DNA from: an uncultured Clostridia bacterium
GTDB lineage: Bacteria; Bacillota; Clostridia; Christensenellales; UBA1242
Length of the DNA stretch: 64,000 bases
Assembly (NCBI GenBank): GCA_946496065.1
Contig: CAMMFF010000006.1
Coordinates: 3,216-67,215 of the forward strand
Direction: 5' to 3'
The position numbers and the translations under genes are program-made. This document shows, piece by piece, positions 1 through 9,307 of the stretch; position 1 is the stretch's first letter; each line of letters opens with the position of its first letter. A model generated the notes under the pieces. The model ran no database searches, was not told the origin of the DNA, and saw nothing but the letters and a program-made list of their open reading frames with translations.

Positions 1-286
1 CAACGACATCAACCGCATCTTCTTTCCAAGGAATGAGAGTAGGTTCTTTTTCAGCATAGAAAGAAATTTTTGATCTGCCAACACAAAGCTTTCCGTCCTT
101 AACTTTCACAGGCACATCAAATTGTCCATGAATGGAATCATGTTCCAAAAGATATTTTGCATAGTCAACTGTGAGGAATGGGTCATTTATTGCCACAACC
201 TCAACATCGTCTCTCTTTGATGCAATTCTAAGAGCAAGTCTTCCGATTCTTCCAAATCCATTGATTCCCAGTTTTACTTTTTTCAT
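1..286 (-). CDS. gap: Type I glyceraldehyde-3-phosphate dehydrogenase, N-terminal part (runs off window)
   Basis: Manual translation MKKVKLGINGFGRIGRLALRI...VAINDP...YDSIHG; AAGGAG RBS upstream of ATG at 286. Confidence 0.95.
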   Translation of the reverse strand, partial: MKKVKLGINGFGRIGRLALRIASKRDDVEVVAINDPFLTVDYAKYLLEHDSIHGQFDVPVKVKDGKLCVGRSKISFYAEKEPTLIPWKEDAVDVV

Positions 287-327
287 AATTTCACACTCTC
301 CTTTTTTGTTTGGTTTTAAACCAATTT

Positions 328-1092
328 TTATATCTCTTCCGCACGACCATAACGCAGTTTCCCAACTGCCACAGTTCGTGTGAAGTTGATAATCGAAATA
401 AACATCAAAACCAGTGCAATAATGAGCCAAGCAATAACCAAAATCACAATCAGCACTTTCAATGGTCCAAAAATACAAACACAAATTCCCCCAGCAAGAC
501 TTCCAAGGAAAAACAAAATTCCCAAAAGCAGATTAAAGATGTTTTTTGGTCTGCTGTAATCTCTTCTGACCGGCTTTTCCAAAGTTGTCACTTCTTCAAA
601 TTCCACGCCCACATATTTGTTGATACGAGATGCCATGGAAAGATTTGAACAAACACTCAAAAGGTCAAACATGGTCTCGCCATAACAAATTGCAGAGATG
701 TCTTCAAAGTAACTAAATCCAAAGAACTTCATGACAACCTTGCTCATAAAGTTCTTGATTGCACTTGAAAACTTGTTTTTGTTGGCTTTTAATGTCACAA
801 TTTCCTTTGTTGACTTTGTTAAAGACAAAAATTCTTCATCTTTCAAAGGTCGTCTAACAATCAAAATTTTCCCTTTCTCCATATTGCATGAGTGGAGAGA
901 ATTGATGATTTCTTCTTTGTTAGATTTGGAGTTGTAAACATGCACTTCAACGTTCTTTGACTTAACATTAAACTTGGCAGCCAAATTTTCTCTTATTCCA
1001 ACAAAAACTTTTGCATCTTTTGAATTAACTTTTTTTACAAATTCCTCAAATTTGTCGACATTCTCAACAATGGGAACAATAATATTTATCAT
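328..1092 (-). CDS. Membrane protein resembling a degenerate GT2/GtrB-like glycosyltransferase, with two C-terminal TM helices
   Basis: N-terminal INIIVP strand as in GT2 enzymes; two hydrophobic C-terminal helices; no DxD motif seen. Confidence 0.5.
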   Translation of the reverse strand: MINIIVPIVENVDKFEEFVKKVNSKDAKVFVGIRENLAAKFNVKSKNVEVHVYNSKSNKEEIINSLHSCNMEKGKILIVRRPLKDEEFLSLTKSTKEIVTLKANKNKFSSAIKNFMSKVVMKFFGFSYFEDISAICYGETMFDLLSVCSNLSMASRINKYVGVEFEEVTTLEKPVRRDYSRPKNIFNLLLGILFFLGSLAGGICVCIFGPLKVLIVILVIAWLIIALVLMFISIINFTRTVAVGKLRYGRAEEI

Positions 1093-1532
1093 TTGTCCTC
1101 CTTGATTTCTCCTGAGATTTTCTTCAATCTTCTGGCATGACGACCACCTTCAAAACTTGTTGTCAAAAAGACTTTAACGATGCTGATTGCCTTTCTTTTT
1201 TTTAAAAAGTTTCCAGGCAAACACAAAACATTTGCATCGTTATCTTTTCTTGCAAGTGATGCCATGGTTGTATTCAAACAAAGTGCAGCACGAATTTTTG
1301 GATTTCGGTTTGCGGCAATGCTCATGCCAATTCCTGAGCCACAAATAAAGATGCCGACATTATTCTTATTTTCCAAGATCTTTTCAATTCCAAGTTTGGC
1401 AAAATCAGGATAATCAACAGGTTCTTTGCTGTATGTTCCGACATCAATTGTGATGATGTTTTCTTGATTAAAAAAAGTCTTAAGTTCTTCTTTAAGCAAA
1501 TAGCCTCTGTGGTCGCTTGCCATAATAATCAT
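1089..1532 (-). CDS. rpiB: Ribose-5-phosphate isomerase B
   Basis: ASDHRG, DYPD, ICGSGIGMSIAAN and FEGGRH motifs. Confidence 0.95.
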   Translation of the reverse strand: MIIMASDHRGYLLKEELKTFFNQENIITIDVGTYSKEPVDYPDFAKLGIEKILENKNNVGIFICGSGIGMSIAANRNPKIRAALCLNTTMASLARKDNDANVLCLPGNFLKKRKAISIVKVFLTTSFEGGRHARRLKKISGEIKEDK

Positions 1533-1957
1533 AGTGCACCTCTTAAATTTTCAATTTTTTCAAGCAGGACATTAATGTTGTTTTCAATTTGTTTTGCTGT
1601 TTGAAGATAAACTTCATTGCTTTGCCCATAAGGGTCATTCACTACCCCCGCCAAATCTTCAAAACTCAGACATTTCTTGGAGTGTATGAAGTCTTTGTGA
1701 GCATCTGTAACAGCTACATAAATGGTGTTTGGTTTGATTTTTGAAAGTTTGACACTCTTTCTTTTGCGTCCGTCATAGCCAAGCTTTTTCAAAGCAAAGA
1801 CAGCACCATCTGTGATGTTTTCTCCTTTCGCATAGATGCCTGCCGAAGAGAATTTGACATCTTTGATTTTTCTGTCCTTACAAAGTTTTTTTGCAATTCT
1901 TTCAGCCATAACCGACCGACATGTGTTTCCTGTGCAAACAAAGCAAATATCAATCAT
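1529..1957 (-). CDS. Low-molecular-weight protein arginine/tyrosine phosphatase (YwlE-like)
   Basis: FVCTGNTCRS P-loop and DPYG motif; coupled to rpiB as in the Firmicute ywlE-ywlF pair. Confidence 0.9.
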   Translation of the reverse strand: MIDICFVCTGNTCRSVMAERIAKKLCKDRKIKDVKFSSAGIYAKGENITDGAVFALKKLGYDGRKRKSVKLSKIKPNTIYVAVTDAHKDFIHSKKCLSFEDLAGVVNDPYGQSNEVYLQTAKQIENNINVLLEKIENLRGAL

Positions 1958-2052
1958 AAGTTCACCTAGAGTGATTATAACCTAAAAAACAAAAAAAACA
2001 AAGCAAAATACTTTGTTTTTAAAAATTTCGATATTTTTTTAGTTTAATCGCA

Positions 2053-2364
2053 TCAAATAGAAATCTTCTTTGGTTTATAAAGTTTGTCCAAATTATACTT
2101 TTCTCTGACCTTTTGCAGAAAGATATGAAGTGTCACATGCGGAAAGTCAAAAACAATCCACTCACCTTTGAAATATCCTTCAATTTTTTCCGTGTAGTCA
2201 TATTTCTCAGCAAGAATGTCTGCAACCTTTTTGCTGTCAGCAATTTTGTTGGACGTAGAAAGAATTACAAACTTTTCTTCTTCAGAAGTTGAAAGATTGT
2301 AAACCGAAACATTTTTGATTTTGTTGTCTTGCAAAATGGATACAAGTTCCTTAATGTTTATCAT
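2053..2364 (-). CDS. rsfS: Ribosome silencing factor RsfS (Iojap)
   Basis: IEG...WIVFDF..V.LHIF...REKYNLDKLY pattern. Confidence 0.85.
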   Translation of the reverse strand: MINIKELVSILQDNKIKNVSVYNLSTSEEEKFVILSTSNKIADSKKVADILAEKYDYTEKIEGYFKGEWIVFDFPHVTLHIFLQKVREKYNLDKLYKPKKISI

Positions 2365-2370
2365 ATTTAA

Positions 2371-2399
2371 ATTTTAACAGCACAAACATTTTTTGTCAA
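2371..2399 (-). promoter_or_regulatory. SigmaA promoter of rsfS, apparently leaderless
   Basis: TTGACA-17bp-TAAAAT, then 6 nt to ATG; no SD. Confidence 0.7.
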
Positions 2400-2455
2400 A
2401 CAATTTTTTAATCTGTGCTTGATTAAAAAAGATAAAATTGTCAAAAATTTCTGCC

Positions 2456-3268
2456 ATGAGAAAGATTAATCTTATATTTCAAGAAATTCTGAAGTTTACA
2501 CTTATCTATCTTTTTTGCTTTGTTTGGATAAGATATTTCATAAAAAAATTGTGGCTGTCCGTTCTTCTCACATTCATACTGACAAGTCTAATCTATCTCA
2601 TCATTTTCTGCGTGCAGAGAAATAAGCAAAACAAAACCGGTTTGAAAATGAAAGAAAAAGAAGATGCTGAAAATATGTTCTTGTCCTTAGCCTGCCAAAC
2701 TGATCCAATGGAATTTTTCGTCAAACTTGCTTCAAAAAAGCACAAAAACATAACAAAACACAAGAAATACATTGTGATTAACCATGTCGAAGAAAAAGTG
2801 AAAACTCTGCTTTATGTTGATGTTTCTTTTGAAGGAATGTCAATCCCAAGATTTATGAATATCTACAACAGTGTCAAAAAAGAAAAAGCAACAAAAATTG
2901 TCATTTGTTGCAAGGAAATAACGGACAAAGGGCTCAGTGCATTTTGCCAAAATTTTAATGAAAAATTTTTGATTTTGGACATCTATGCCACCTATGAAAA
3001 ACTTTACAAATTCTATGATTGTTTCCCTGAAATAACCCATCAATATAAAAAAGAAAAGAAACTTGCATTCAAAGACTTTGTCGCCTATTCGTTCAATAAA
3101 AAAAGGACAAAGGGCTATCTGTTCTCCGCCATCATCCTTATCTTAAGCAGTTTGTTTATCAGAATGACAATCTATTATTGTGTCGTTGCATCGATATTGG
3201 TGATTTTTGCTCTTATTTCACAATTCAATCCATATTTCAATGTCAAGACCGAAAGCGAAATTCTATAA
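2456..3268 (+). CDS. Hypothetical membrane protein (2 N-terminal and 2 C-terminal TM helices, soluble middle domain)
   Basis: Long ORF with hydrophobic termini; ATG at 2456 chosen over TTG at 2438. Confidence 0.7.
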   Translation: MRKINLIFQEILKFTLIYLFCFVWIRYFIKKLWLSVLLTFILTSLIYLIIFCVQRNKQNKTGLKMKEKEDAENMFLSLACQTDPMEFFVKLASKKHKNITKHKKYIVINHVEEKVKTLLYVDVSFEGMSIPRFMNIYNSVKKEKATKIVICCKEITDKGLSAFCQNFNEKFLILDIYATYEKLYKFYDCFPEITHQYKKEKKLAFKDFVAYSFNKKRTKGYLFSAIILILSSLFIRMTIYYCVVASILVIFALISQFNPYFNVKTESEIL

Positions 3269-3362
3269 AAACAATTGCATAGCATAAAATCACATAGTAA
3301 AAAAAATAAACAATGAATAAACAGTTGCATCTGTTTCATGTTGTCGATGTCAACACGACAAA

Positions 3363-3659
3363 TTAAGGCAACTGAATGTGTTTGAAATCTTTTCGAGTTG
3401 ATTTTTTGTATAAAATGAAAATATTGCCAATCACTTGCACCACTTCAGCACTCGTTTTTTGTGCAATTTCATTTGCCAAATCTTTAATTTCATAGTCACA
3501 ATTTTTGAGCATTTTGATTTTGACAAGTTCTCTTGCTTCCAAAAGCAAGTTGACTCCATTAAGGACATTTTCAGAAATGCCATCTTTTCCAATCTGCATA
3601 ACTGGGTCAAGTGCATTTCCAAGACCTCTCAAATACGCTCTTTGTTTTGTTGTTATCAT
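3363..3659 (-). CDS. yhbY: Ribosome assembly RNA-binding protein YhbY (CRM domain)
   Basis: KQRAYLRGLG, QIGKDG, ELVKIK and QVIGN motifs; AAAGGA RBS before ATG 3659. Confidence 0.93.
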   Translation of the reverse strand: MITTKQRAYLRGLGNALDPVMQIGKDGISENVLNGVNLLLEARELVKIKMLKNCDYEIKDLANEIAQKTSAEVVQVIGNIFILYKKSTRKDFKHIQLP

Positions 3660-3679
3660 ATCAAATCCTTTTAATTTAA

Positions 3680-3736
3680 TCACAATATATTGTGTATTAT
3701 GTTGCATAACACAACAATCTAAAGTGTAATACGCAA
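3680..3736. repeat. Tandem palindromic element, NrdR-box-like (copy 1)
   Basis: Perfect palindrome CACAATATATTGTG followed by TTGCATAACACAA...GTGTAATACGCAA; related to 9127-9160 and 20026-20081. Confidence 0.55.
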
Positions 3737-5008
3737 TTATTCAATGTATTCAAATGAAATATCCTTAATCACAACAGTGTCGCCCTCTTTCAGTCCTTTT
3801 TCCTTAAGCATATCAATGACACCCATTTCTTTGAGTTTGTTTTGGAAATAAGCAAAAGACATTTGATCAGAAATCACAACACCTCTTGCCAAGTTCTCAA
3901 TTCTTCCCCCAGAAACTTCAAAACTGCCATCATCATGTCTGGTGATTTCAATAGAAGAAAAGTCCTTTTTGTCAAAGTCAAACTCTTCAATTGCAAGAGC
4001 CTGTTTCTTTGGAATTTTCTTCAGGTTTTCCAAAATCTTCTTTTTTAAGGTTTCAACACCCTCTCTAGTGTATGAAGAAATGCAAATATAATCAGAAACA
4101 TTCAAAGTCTTTGTGAAATTGTCTATTTTTTGTTTTAGTTCTTCTTTATCAAGCAAATCACACTTAGAAAAGACCACAATTTGTTTTGTTTTGAGAAGTT
4201 CTTTGTTATATTTTCCAAGTTCATCATTGATGATTTTGTAATCTTCAACAGCACTTCTTCCTTCACTTTCTGATATGTCAATCAAGTGAACGATAAGTCT
4301 GACACGCTCAACGTGCTTCAAGAAATAATGTCCAAGACCAGTCCCTTCACTTGCTCCTTCAATAAGTCCAGGAATGTCTGCAACAACAAAGGTTTCTCCC
4401 AAGACTTCACATACGCCCAAATTTGGATATATTGTTGTGAAAGGATAGTTCGCAATCTTTGGATTTGCGTTTGAAATGACTGACAAAAGTGTAGATTTTC
4501 CAACATTTGGAAAGCCCACCAATCCAACATCAGCAATGGTTTTAAGTTCCAAAATCACTTCTTTTGGTGAAGTTGTTTCTCCAAGTTGAGAAAATGTTGG
4601 TGCTTGTTTGATTGAAGACTTATAGTAAGCATTTCCATGTCCACCAACACCACCTTTCAGAGCTACAAAGACAGCCCCATCTTCATTCAAATCAGCAATG
4701 ATTTTGTCCGTTTTGGGATTGATTAAAACTGTTCCAGTTGGAACAAGAATGATTTCATCTTTTCCACTCTTTCCGGTCTGATTCTTTTGATGTCCATCTT
4801 CGCCATTTTCAGCGACAAATTTCTTTTTGAATCTAAAACTATACAACGTGTTCAAGTCATTAGTGGCCTTGAAAATCACATCTCCACCCTTTCCACCATC
4901 ACCACCATCTGGACCACCATTGGCAGTTTGAGCGGTACGCAAAAAAGAGGTGGAACCTTTGCCACCGTTTCCTGCTTTTATTGAGATTTTAACTCTGTCA
5001 AGAAACAT
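3737..5008 (-). CDS. obgE: GTPase ObgE/CgtA
   Basis: GNGGKG/GPDGGDGG Obg fold, GFPNVGKS, YPFTT, DIPGL; AGGAG RBS before ATG 5008. Confidence 0.97.
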   Translation of the reverse strand: MFLDRVKISIKAGNGGKGSTSFLRTAQTANGGPDGGDGGKGGDVIFKATNDLNTLYSFRFKKKFVAENGEDGHQKNQTGKSGKDEIILVPTGTVLINPKTDKIIADLNEDGAVFVALKGGVGGHGNAYYKSSIKQAPTFSQLGETTSPKEVILELKTIADVGLVGFPNVGKSTLLSVISNANPKIANYPFTTIYPNLGVCEVLGETFVVADIPGLIEGASEGTGLGHYFLKHVERVRLIVHLIDISESEGRSAVEDYKIINDELGKYNKELLKTKQIVVFSKCDLLDKEELKQKIDNFTKTLNVSDYICISSYTREGVETLKKKILENLKKIPKKQALAIEEFDFDKKDFSSIEITRHDDGSFEVSGGRIENLARGVVISDQMSFAYFQNKLKEMGVIDMLKEKGLKEGDTVVIKDISFEYIE

Positions 5009-5016
5009 AAACTCTC

Positions 5017-5688
5017 CTATTTTTTTGTTTTTGCATCTTTCTTTGTTTTTAAGTCTTCCGGCGGAACGCCTATGCGTGAACTTGGACAATTTGCATTAAA
5101 GACACAGTTTTCACAATCTGGCTTCATTGCCTTGCATACATATCTTCCAAACAAAACCATTTGATAATGCAATTTTGACCATTCACTTTTTGGAAAAATC
5201 TTGCATAATTTTTCTTCGCATTTGTTTGGATCTTTGGTGTCTACAAGTCCCAAACGATTGGAAACTCTAAGCACATGAGTGTCCACTGCAAAATTATCTC
5301 CACCAAAAGCCACAGCCATAACAACATTTGCTGTTTTTCTTCCAACACCCGCAAGTATCAAAAGGTCGTCAAAATTGTCAGGAACCTTCCCGCCAAATCT
5401 GCTTATGATGTCTTGGCTTGCAGACTTGATTGATTTTGCTTTGTTGTGATAGAACCCACAAGAATGAATCTTCTCTTCCAATTCTTCTTGTGAAATATCC
5501 ACAAAATCTTGTGGTTTGTTGTGAGTTTTGAAAAGTTCATTTGTCACCTGATTGACTCTCTTATCAGTGCATTGAGCAGACAAAATGACTGCAACCAAAA
5601 GTTCAAAAGGAGTTCTATGCTCAAGTTCGCATCTTGGATTTTCAATCATTTTATCAAGCCCGCTTACAACACTTTTGCTATCTATCAT
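5017..5688 (-). CDS. nth: Endonuclease III
   Basis: LSAQCTD, GVGRKTANVV HhH, VDTHV and C-terminal 4Fe-4S cysteines. Confidence 0.95.
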   Translation of the reverse strand: MIDSKSVVSGLDKMIENPRCELEHRTPFELLVAVILSAQCTDKRVNQVTNELFKTHNKPQDFVDISQEELEEKIHSCGFYHNKAKSIKSASQDIISRFGGKVPDNFDDLLILAGVGRKTANVVMAVAFGGDNFAVDTHVLRVSNRLGLVDTKDPNKCEEKLCKIFPKSEWSKLHYQMVLFGRYVCKAMKPDCENCVFNANCPSSRIGVPPEDLKTKKDAKTKK

Positions 5689-5704
5689 CGCACAACCTCT
5701 TTTG

Positions 5705-7162
5705 TTATTTCATCAATGGGAAAAGCACAACATCTCTGATGTTTGGACAATCGAAAATGAATTGCAAGAATCTGTCAATTCCAAAACCTAGACCTGAAAT
5801 TGGTGGCATACCATGTTCCATTGCAAGCAAGAAATCTTCATCAACGTCCATAGTCTCCTCATCGCCAGCCTTCTTTTCTTCAAGTTGAAGTTCCAATGTT
5901 CTTCTTTGAGTGATTGGATCAACAAGCTCAGAATATGCCTTAACAAGTTCAGCTCCACCTGCTACCACTTGGAAAACATCAATAATTCTTTCATCTTTAT
6001 CATTTCTTCTGGCAAGAGGAATGAGAGATGCTGGATAGTTGTAAAGAATTGTTGGATTGACAATGTCAGCACGAATTTTACGCTTATAAACATAATCAAT
6101 AAGGGTTCTGACAGTCTTGCACTCTTCAAGTTCTGTATAACCAAAAAGTCCTCTGTCAACAACAATCTTTTTCAACTCGTCAACATTATCAATTGAAAGA
6201 AAATCACAACCCAAAAGTTCTCTCATTCTTGCAACATAATCAATTCTTGGCCATTGCCCACCAAAGTCAATCTCCTGCCCCTGATAGTTGATTTTTGTTG
6301 TTCCCAAACATTCTTGCATAAGACTCGTCAGCATTGTTTGGAAGAATTTGATGTTGTCTTCAAAGTTCCAATAAGAAGCATACCACTCAACCTGAGTGAA
6401 TTCTTGAAGGTGAGATGGGTCCATTCCTTCGTTTCTGAAGTCTTTTCCAAGTTCAAAAACTCTGTCAATTCCTGCACCGATACATTGCTTCAAATGACAC
6501 TCTGTTGCAATTCTCAAGTTACATTCAATGTCCAAAGCATTATGATGTGTGAAGAAAGGTTTTGCACTCGCACCAGAAACACTTGTCTGCAAGATTGGAG
6601 TTTCAACTTCAATGAAACCATTGTCTTCCAAATATCTTCTGATAAATGAAACAACCTTGCTTCTTGTTAAGAAAATCTTTCTGCTGTCTTCATTTGTGAT
6701 AAGGTCAAGATAACGCTGACGATATTTAATCTCAGTGTCTGCAATTCCGTGGAATTTTTCTGGAAGCGGACGAAGTGTTTTTGAAAGCAAAACAACTTTT
6801 TCTGCCTTAACTGTGATTTCGCCAGTTTGTGTTTGATAGACTTCCCCTTCAACTCCAATAAAGTCACCAATATCAATCATCTTTTTGTAGAAATTATAGT
6901 CTTCTTCTGAAAACTCATTTCTTCCAACTGAGATTTGAATTTTGTCATAGATATCTCTGATTTGGCAGAAACCAAACTTTCCCATTATACGACGAAAAAT
7001 GATACGGCCAGCAATTTTGACATGTTCGCCCAATTTTTCTCTTGCTTCTTTGATTGTGCAAGTTCTTTCAAACTTCTCTTTGTATGGAATTTCTCCCATT
7101 TTCTTGAGTTCTTCGATTTTTTGTCTTCTTATATCAATTTCGTTTGATAAGTTTTCTTCCAT
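5705..7162 (-). CDS. lysS: Lysine--tRNA ligase (class II)
   Basis: PLPEKFHG, YRQRYLDLI, FRNEG and MPP..GLGFGIDR motifs. Confidence 0.96.
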   Translation of the reverse strand: MEENLSNEIDIRRQKIEELKKMGEIPYKEKFERTCTIKEAREKLGEHVKIAGRIIFRRIMGKFGFCQIRDIYDKIQISVGRNEFSEEDYNFYKKMIDIGDFIGVEGEVYQTQTGEITVKAEKVVLLSKTLRPLPEKFHGIADTEIKYRQRYLDLITNEDSRKIFLTRSKVVSFIRRYLEDNGFIEVETPILQTSVSGASAKPFFTHHNALDIECNLRIATECHLKQCIGAGIDRVFELGKDFRNEGMDPSHLQEFTQVEWYASYWNFEDNIKFFQTMLTSLMQECLGTTKINYQGQEIDFGGQWPRIDYVARMRELLGCDFLSIDNVDELKKIVVDRGLFGYTELEECKTVRTLIDYVYKRKIRADIVNPTILYNYPASLIPLARRNDKDERIIDVFQVVAGGAELVKAYSELVDPITQRRTLELQLEEKKAGDEETMDVDEDFLLAMEHGMPPISGLGFGIDRFLQFIFDCPNIRDVVLFPLMK

Positions 7163-7356
7163 TTAATGCCTCCGCTTTTTGAATATTATGTTTAAATATA
7201 ACATATAAAACAAAGTAAGTCAACAAATTGAGGGTTTTGTCATTCGTCAAAATTCGCGCATACACAAAGTGATGAAACATGTAAAAATCATTTGGAAAAG
7301 AAAATTTTGTATGCTAAAATAAGAAAAGTCCAAAATGGACCATTAAGGAGAAAATT

Positions 7357-8199
7357 ATGATTAAAATCATCGTTGATAGTACGGCATATACTCCAAAAGA
7401 ATATGCTGAAGCAAATGATATAACTGTTATTCCACTTAGAGTTTTATACAAAGACCAAGAGTTTGATGAAGGGTATCCTGGAACATATGATGCCTTTTTT
7501 GAAGATTTCACAAAGACAAAAGTTTTTCCAAAAACAAGCCAACCTTCTTTGGAAACTTTCATTGAAGAATATGAAAAAGCCATTGATAAGGGAGATGAAG
7601 TCATTGTTTTCACAATCAGCAGCACCCTTTCTGGCACTTATAGTGTTGCTTGCCTTGCAAAAGACCAATGCAAAGATCCAAGCAAAGTTTATGTGATTGA
7701 TTCACAAGGAAACACCCAAACAGTTTTGGGATATGTAATGGAAGCGGTTAACATGAGAAATGCCGGTGCCACTTGTGAAGAAATCATCAAACGTATTGAA
7801 AGCCTTATTCCAAACAGTGCAGTTTCTTTCATTCCTGACACTTTGGAATATCTCGCAAAAGGTGGAAGAATTGGAAAAGTCACCGCCACAATAGGTTCAA
7901 TTTTGAAAATTAAACCAATAATCACCTTTAAACAAGGGATATTATCCGACAAGAAAAGCATTGGTCTTCAAAAAGCAATGAAAGACCTTATTGCTTCTAT
8001 CCCTGAAAAAATAAAAAGATTGTTCATTATTCATATTGCCAACACAAAATTTTTTGAAATGCTAAAGAAATTTGTTTATGAATATCTCGCAAAACGCCCA
8101 GACAAAAATAAAATTGAAGTTTATGAAGGTGAAGTGGGTCCAGTTAATGCTGCACACGTTGGCCCAGCAATCGGTCTTGCATGGATTGCTGAATCATAA
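7357..8199 (+). CDS. DegV/FakB family fatty-acid binding protein
   Basis: IVDST, PKTSQPS, ISSTLSGTY, YLAKGGRI and HVGP motifs. Confidence 0.93.
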   Translation: MIKIIVDSTAYTPKEYAEANDITVIPLRVLYKDQEFDEGYPGTYDAFFEDFTKTKVFPKTSQPSLETFIEEYEKAIDKGDEVIVFTISSTLSGTYSVACLAKDQCKDPSKVYVIDSQGNTQTVLGYVMEAVNMRNAGATCEEIIKRIESLIPNSAVSFIPDTLEYLAKGGRIGKVTATIGSILKIKPIITFKQGILSDKKSIGLQKAMKDLIASIPEKIKRLFIIHIANTKFFEMLKKFVYEYLAKRPDKNKIEVYEGEVGPVNAAHVGPAIGLAWIAES

Positions 8200-8388
8200 T
8201 CTGTCAGCTTTTCCGCTTTGTTTTTTTGAAGATTAATAAAAACAAGAGTTTCTCTTTTTAGACATTGTTTTGTTAATAAACAACCTTCAGAAAGTTGTCA
8301 TCAATTTTAGGTTCTTGAAAAAAGAACTATTTTCCTAATGCAATCTATGTTATAATGTCAATAACAAAATAAAAATTGGAGGATTAAA

Positions 8389-9126
8389 ATGATAAAGAAA
8401 ACAGCAATAATCATTGGTGCTTCAAGTGATATCGGACTTGAAACTGCAAAACATATGGCTCAAGAAGGATTTAATTTGGCACTTACATACAACTCAAATC
8501 AAGTTGATTTTGAAAAAGAAATTGAAAACAAGAAAAACGTTGAAATCAAAAGTTATAAACTTGATTTATGTCAACCTGCACAAATTAAGAAGGTGTTTGA
8601 AGAAATGGAACATGACTTCAAATATTGGGATACTTTGGTTTTTTGTTCAGGAGTCGCCCAAAAAAGGCAACTGATTTTTGATGTGTCCGATGAAGAAATC
8701 GACAATCTGTTTGAAGTAAACATCAAATCTGCAATCAGATGCATAAGAGAATTCACAAAGCGCACAATAAACAAGAACCCTGCAGACATAGTTTTGATTG
8801 GTTCTTTCGTCAACAAAAACGGCTGTTCCTGTGAAAGTGTTTACACAGCAACAAAAAGTGGACTTTCCGGCTTGTGCAAATCATTGGCAAGCGAACTTGG
8901 AAATCTTGATGTGAGAATAAATGTTGTTGCACCTGGCTTCATCGACACAAAAATGAACAACAATCTTTCACAAGAAGAAAAAGATGAATTTTGTGAAATT
9001 ACCCCTCTCAAAAGACTTGGAACAACAGATGACGTTGCAAACGCAGTTGCGTTTTTGTCAAGTGATAAAGCATCTTTCATCACCGGTCAAACCTTGTATA
9101 TAGATGGTGGTTTAGTGCTTGAATAA
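8389..9126 (+). CDS. SDR family oxidoreductase (FabG-like)
   Basis: IGASSDIG, YTATK catalytic motif, VAPGFIDT, ITGQ...DGG. Confidence 0.9.
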   Translation: MIKKTAIIIGASSDIGLETAKHMAQEGFNLALTYNSNQVDFEKEIENKKNVEIKSYKLDLCQPAQIKKVFEEMEHDFKYWDTLVFCSGVAQKRQLIFDVSDEEIDNLFEVNIKSAIRCIREFTKRTINKNPADIVLIGSFVNKNGCSCESVYTATKSGLSGLCKSLASELGNLDVRINVVAPGFIDTKMNNNLSQEEKDEFCEITPLKRLGTTDDVANAVAFLSSDKASFITGQTLYIDGGLVLE

Positions 9127-9160
9127 TTGCATAATACACAACATCTTGTGTGATATGCAA
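9127..9160. repeat. 34-bp palindrome with NrdR-box-like core (copy 2)
   Basis: TTGCATAATACACAA-CATC-TTGTGTGATATGCAA. Confidence 0.6.
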
Positions 9161-9307
9161 TCTAATTTTGAAACTTTTGATAATTTTTGTTATTTTGAAT
9201 TTTTTTTGCTTTTGTTGGGTTTTATTTGTATTTCGTGTCGAAATGTGATATAATAACAACGTATTTTGAAGATTTTTTAATTTTACGAAACGAGAAAGGA
9301 GCAATTT

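Noticed and set aside
1910-1925. Possible arginine codon reassignment, as in some low-GC Firmicutes
   Set aside because: CGG encodes the catalytic Arg of the phosphatase CTGNTCRS loop; spot-checked CGA and AGG codons also fit Arg; TGA acts as stop.
5051-5090. GC-rich stretch at the nth 3' end resembling the L19 leader core (GTTCCGC)
   Set aside because: Short match inside a coding tail; the rest of the leader structure is not evident.
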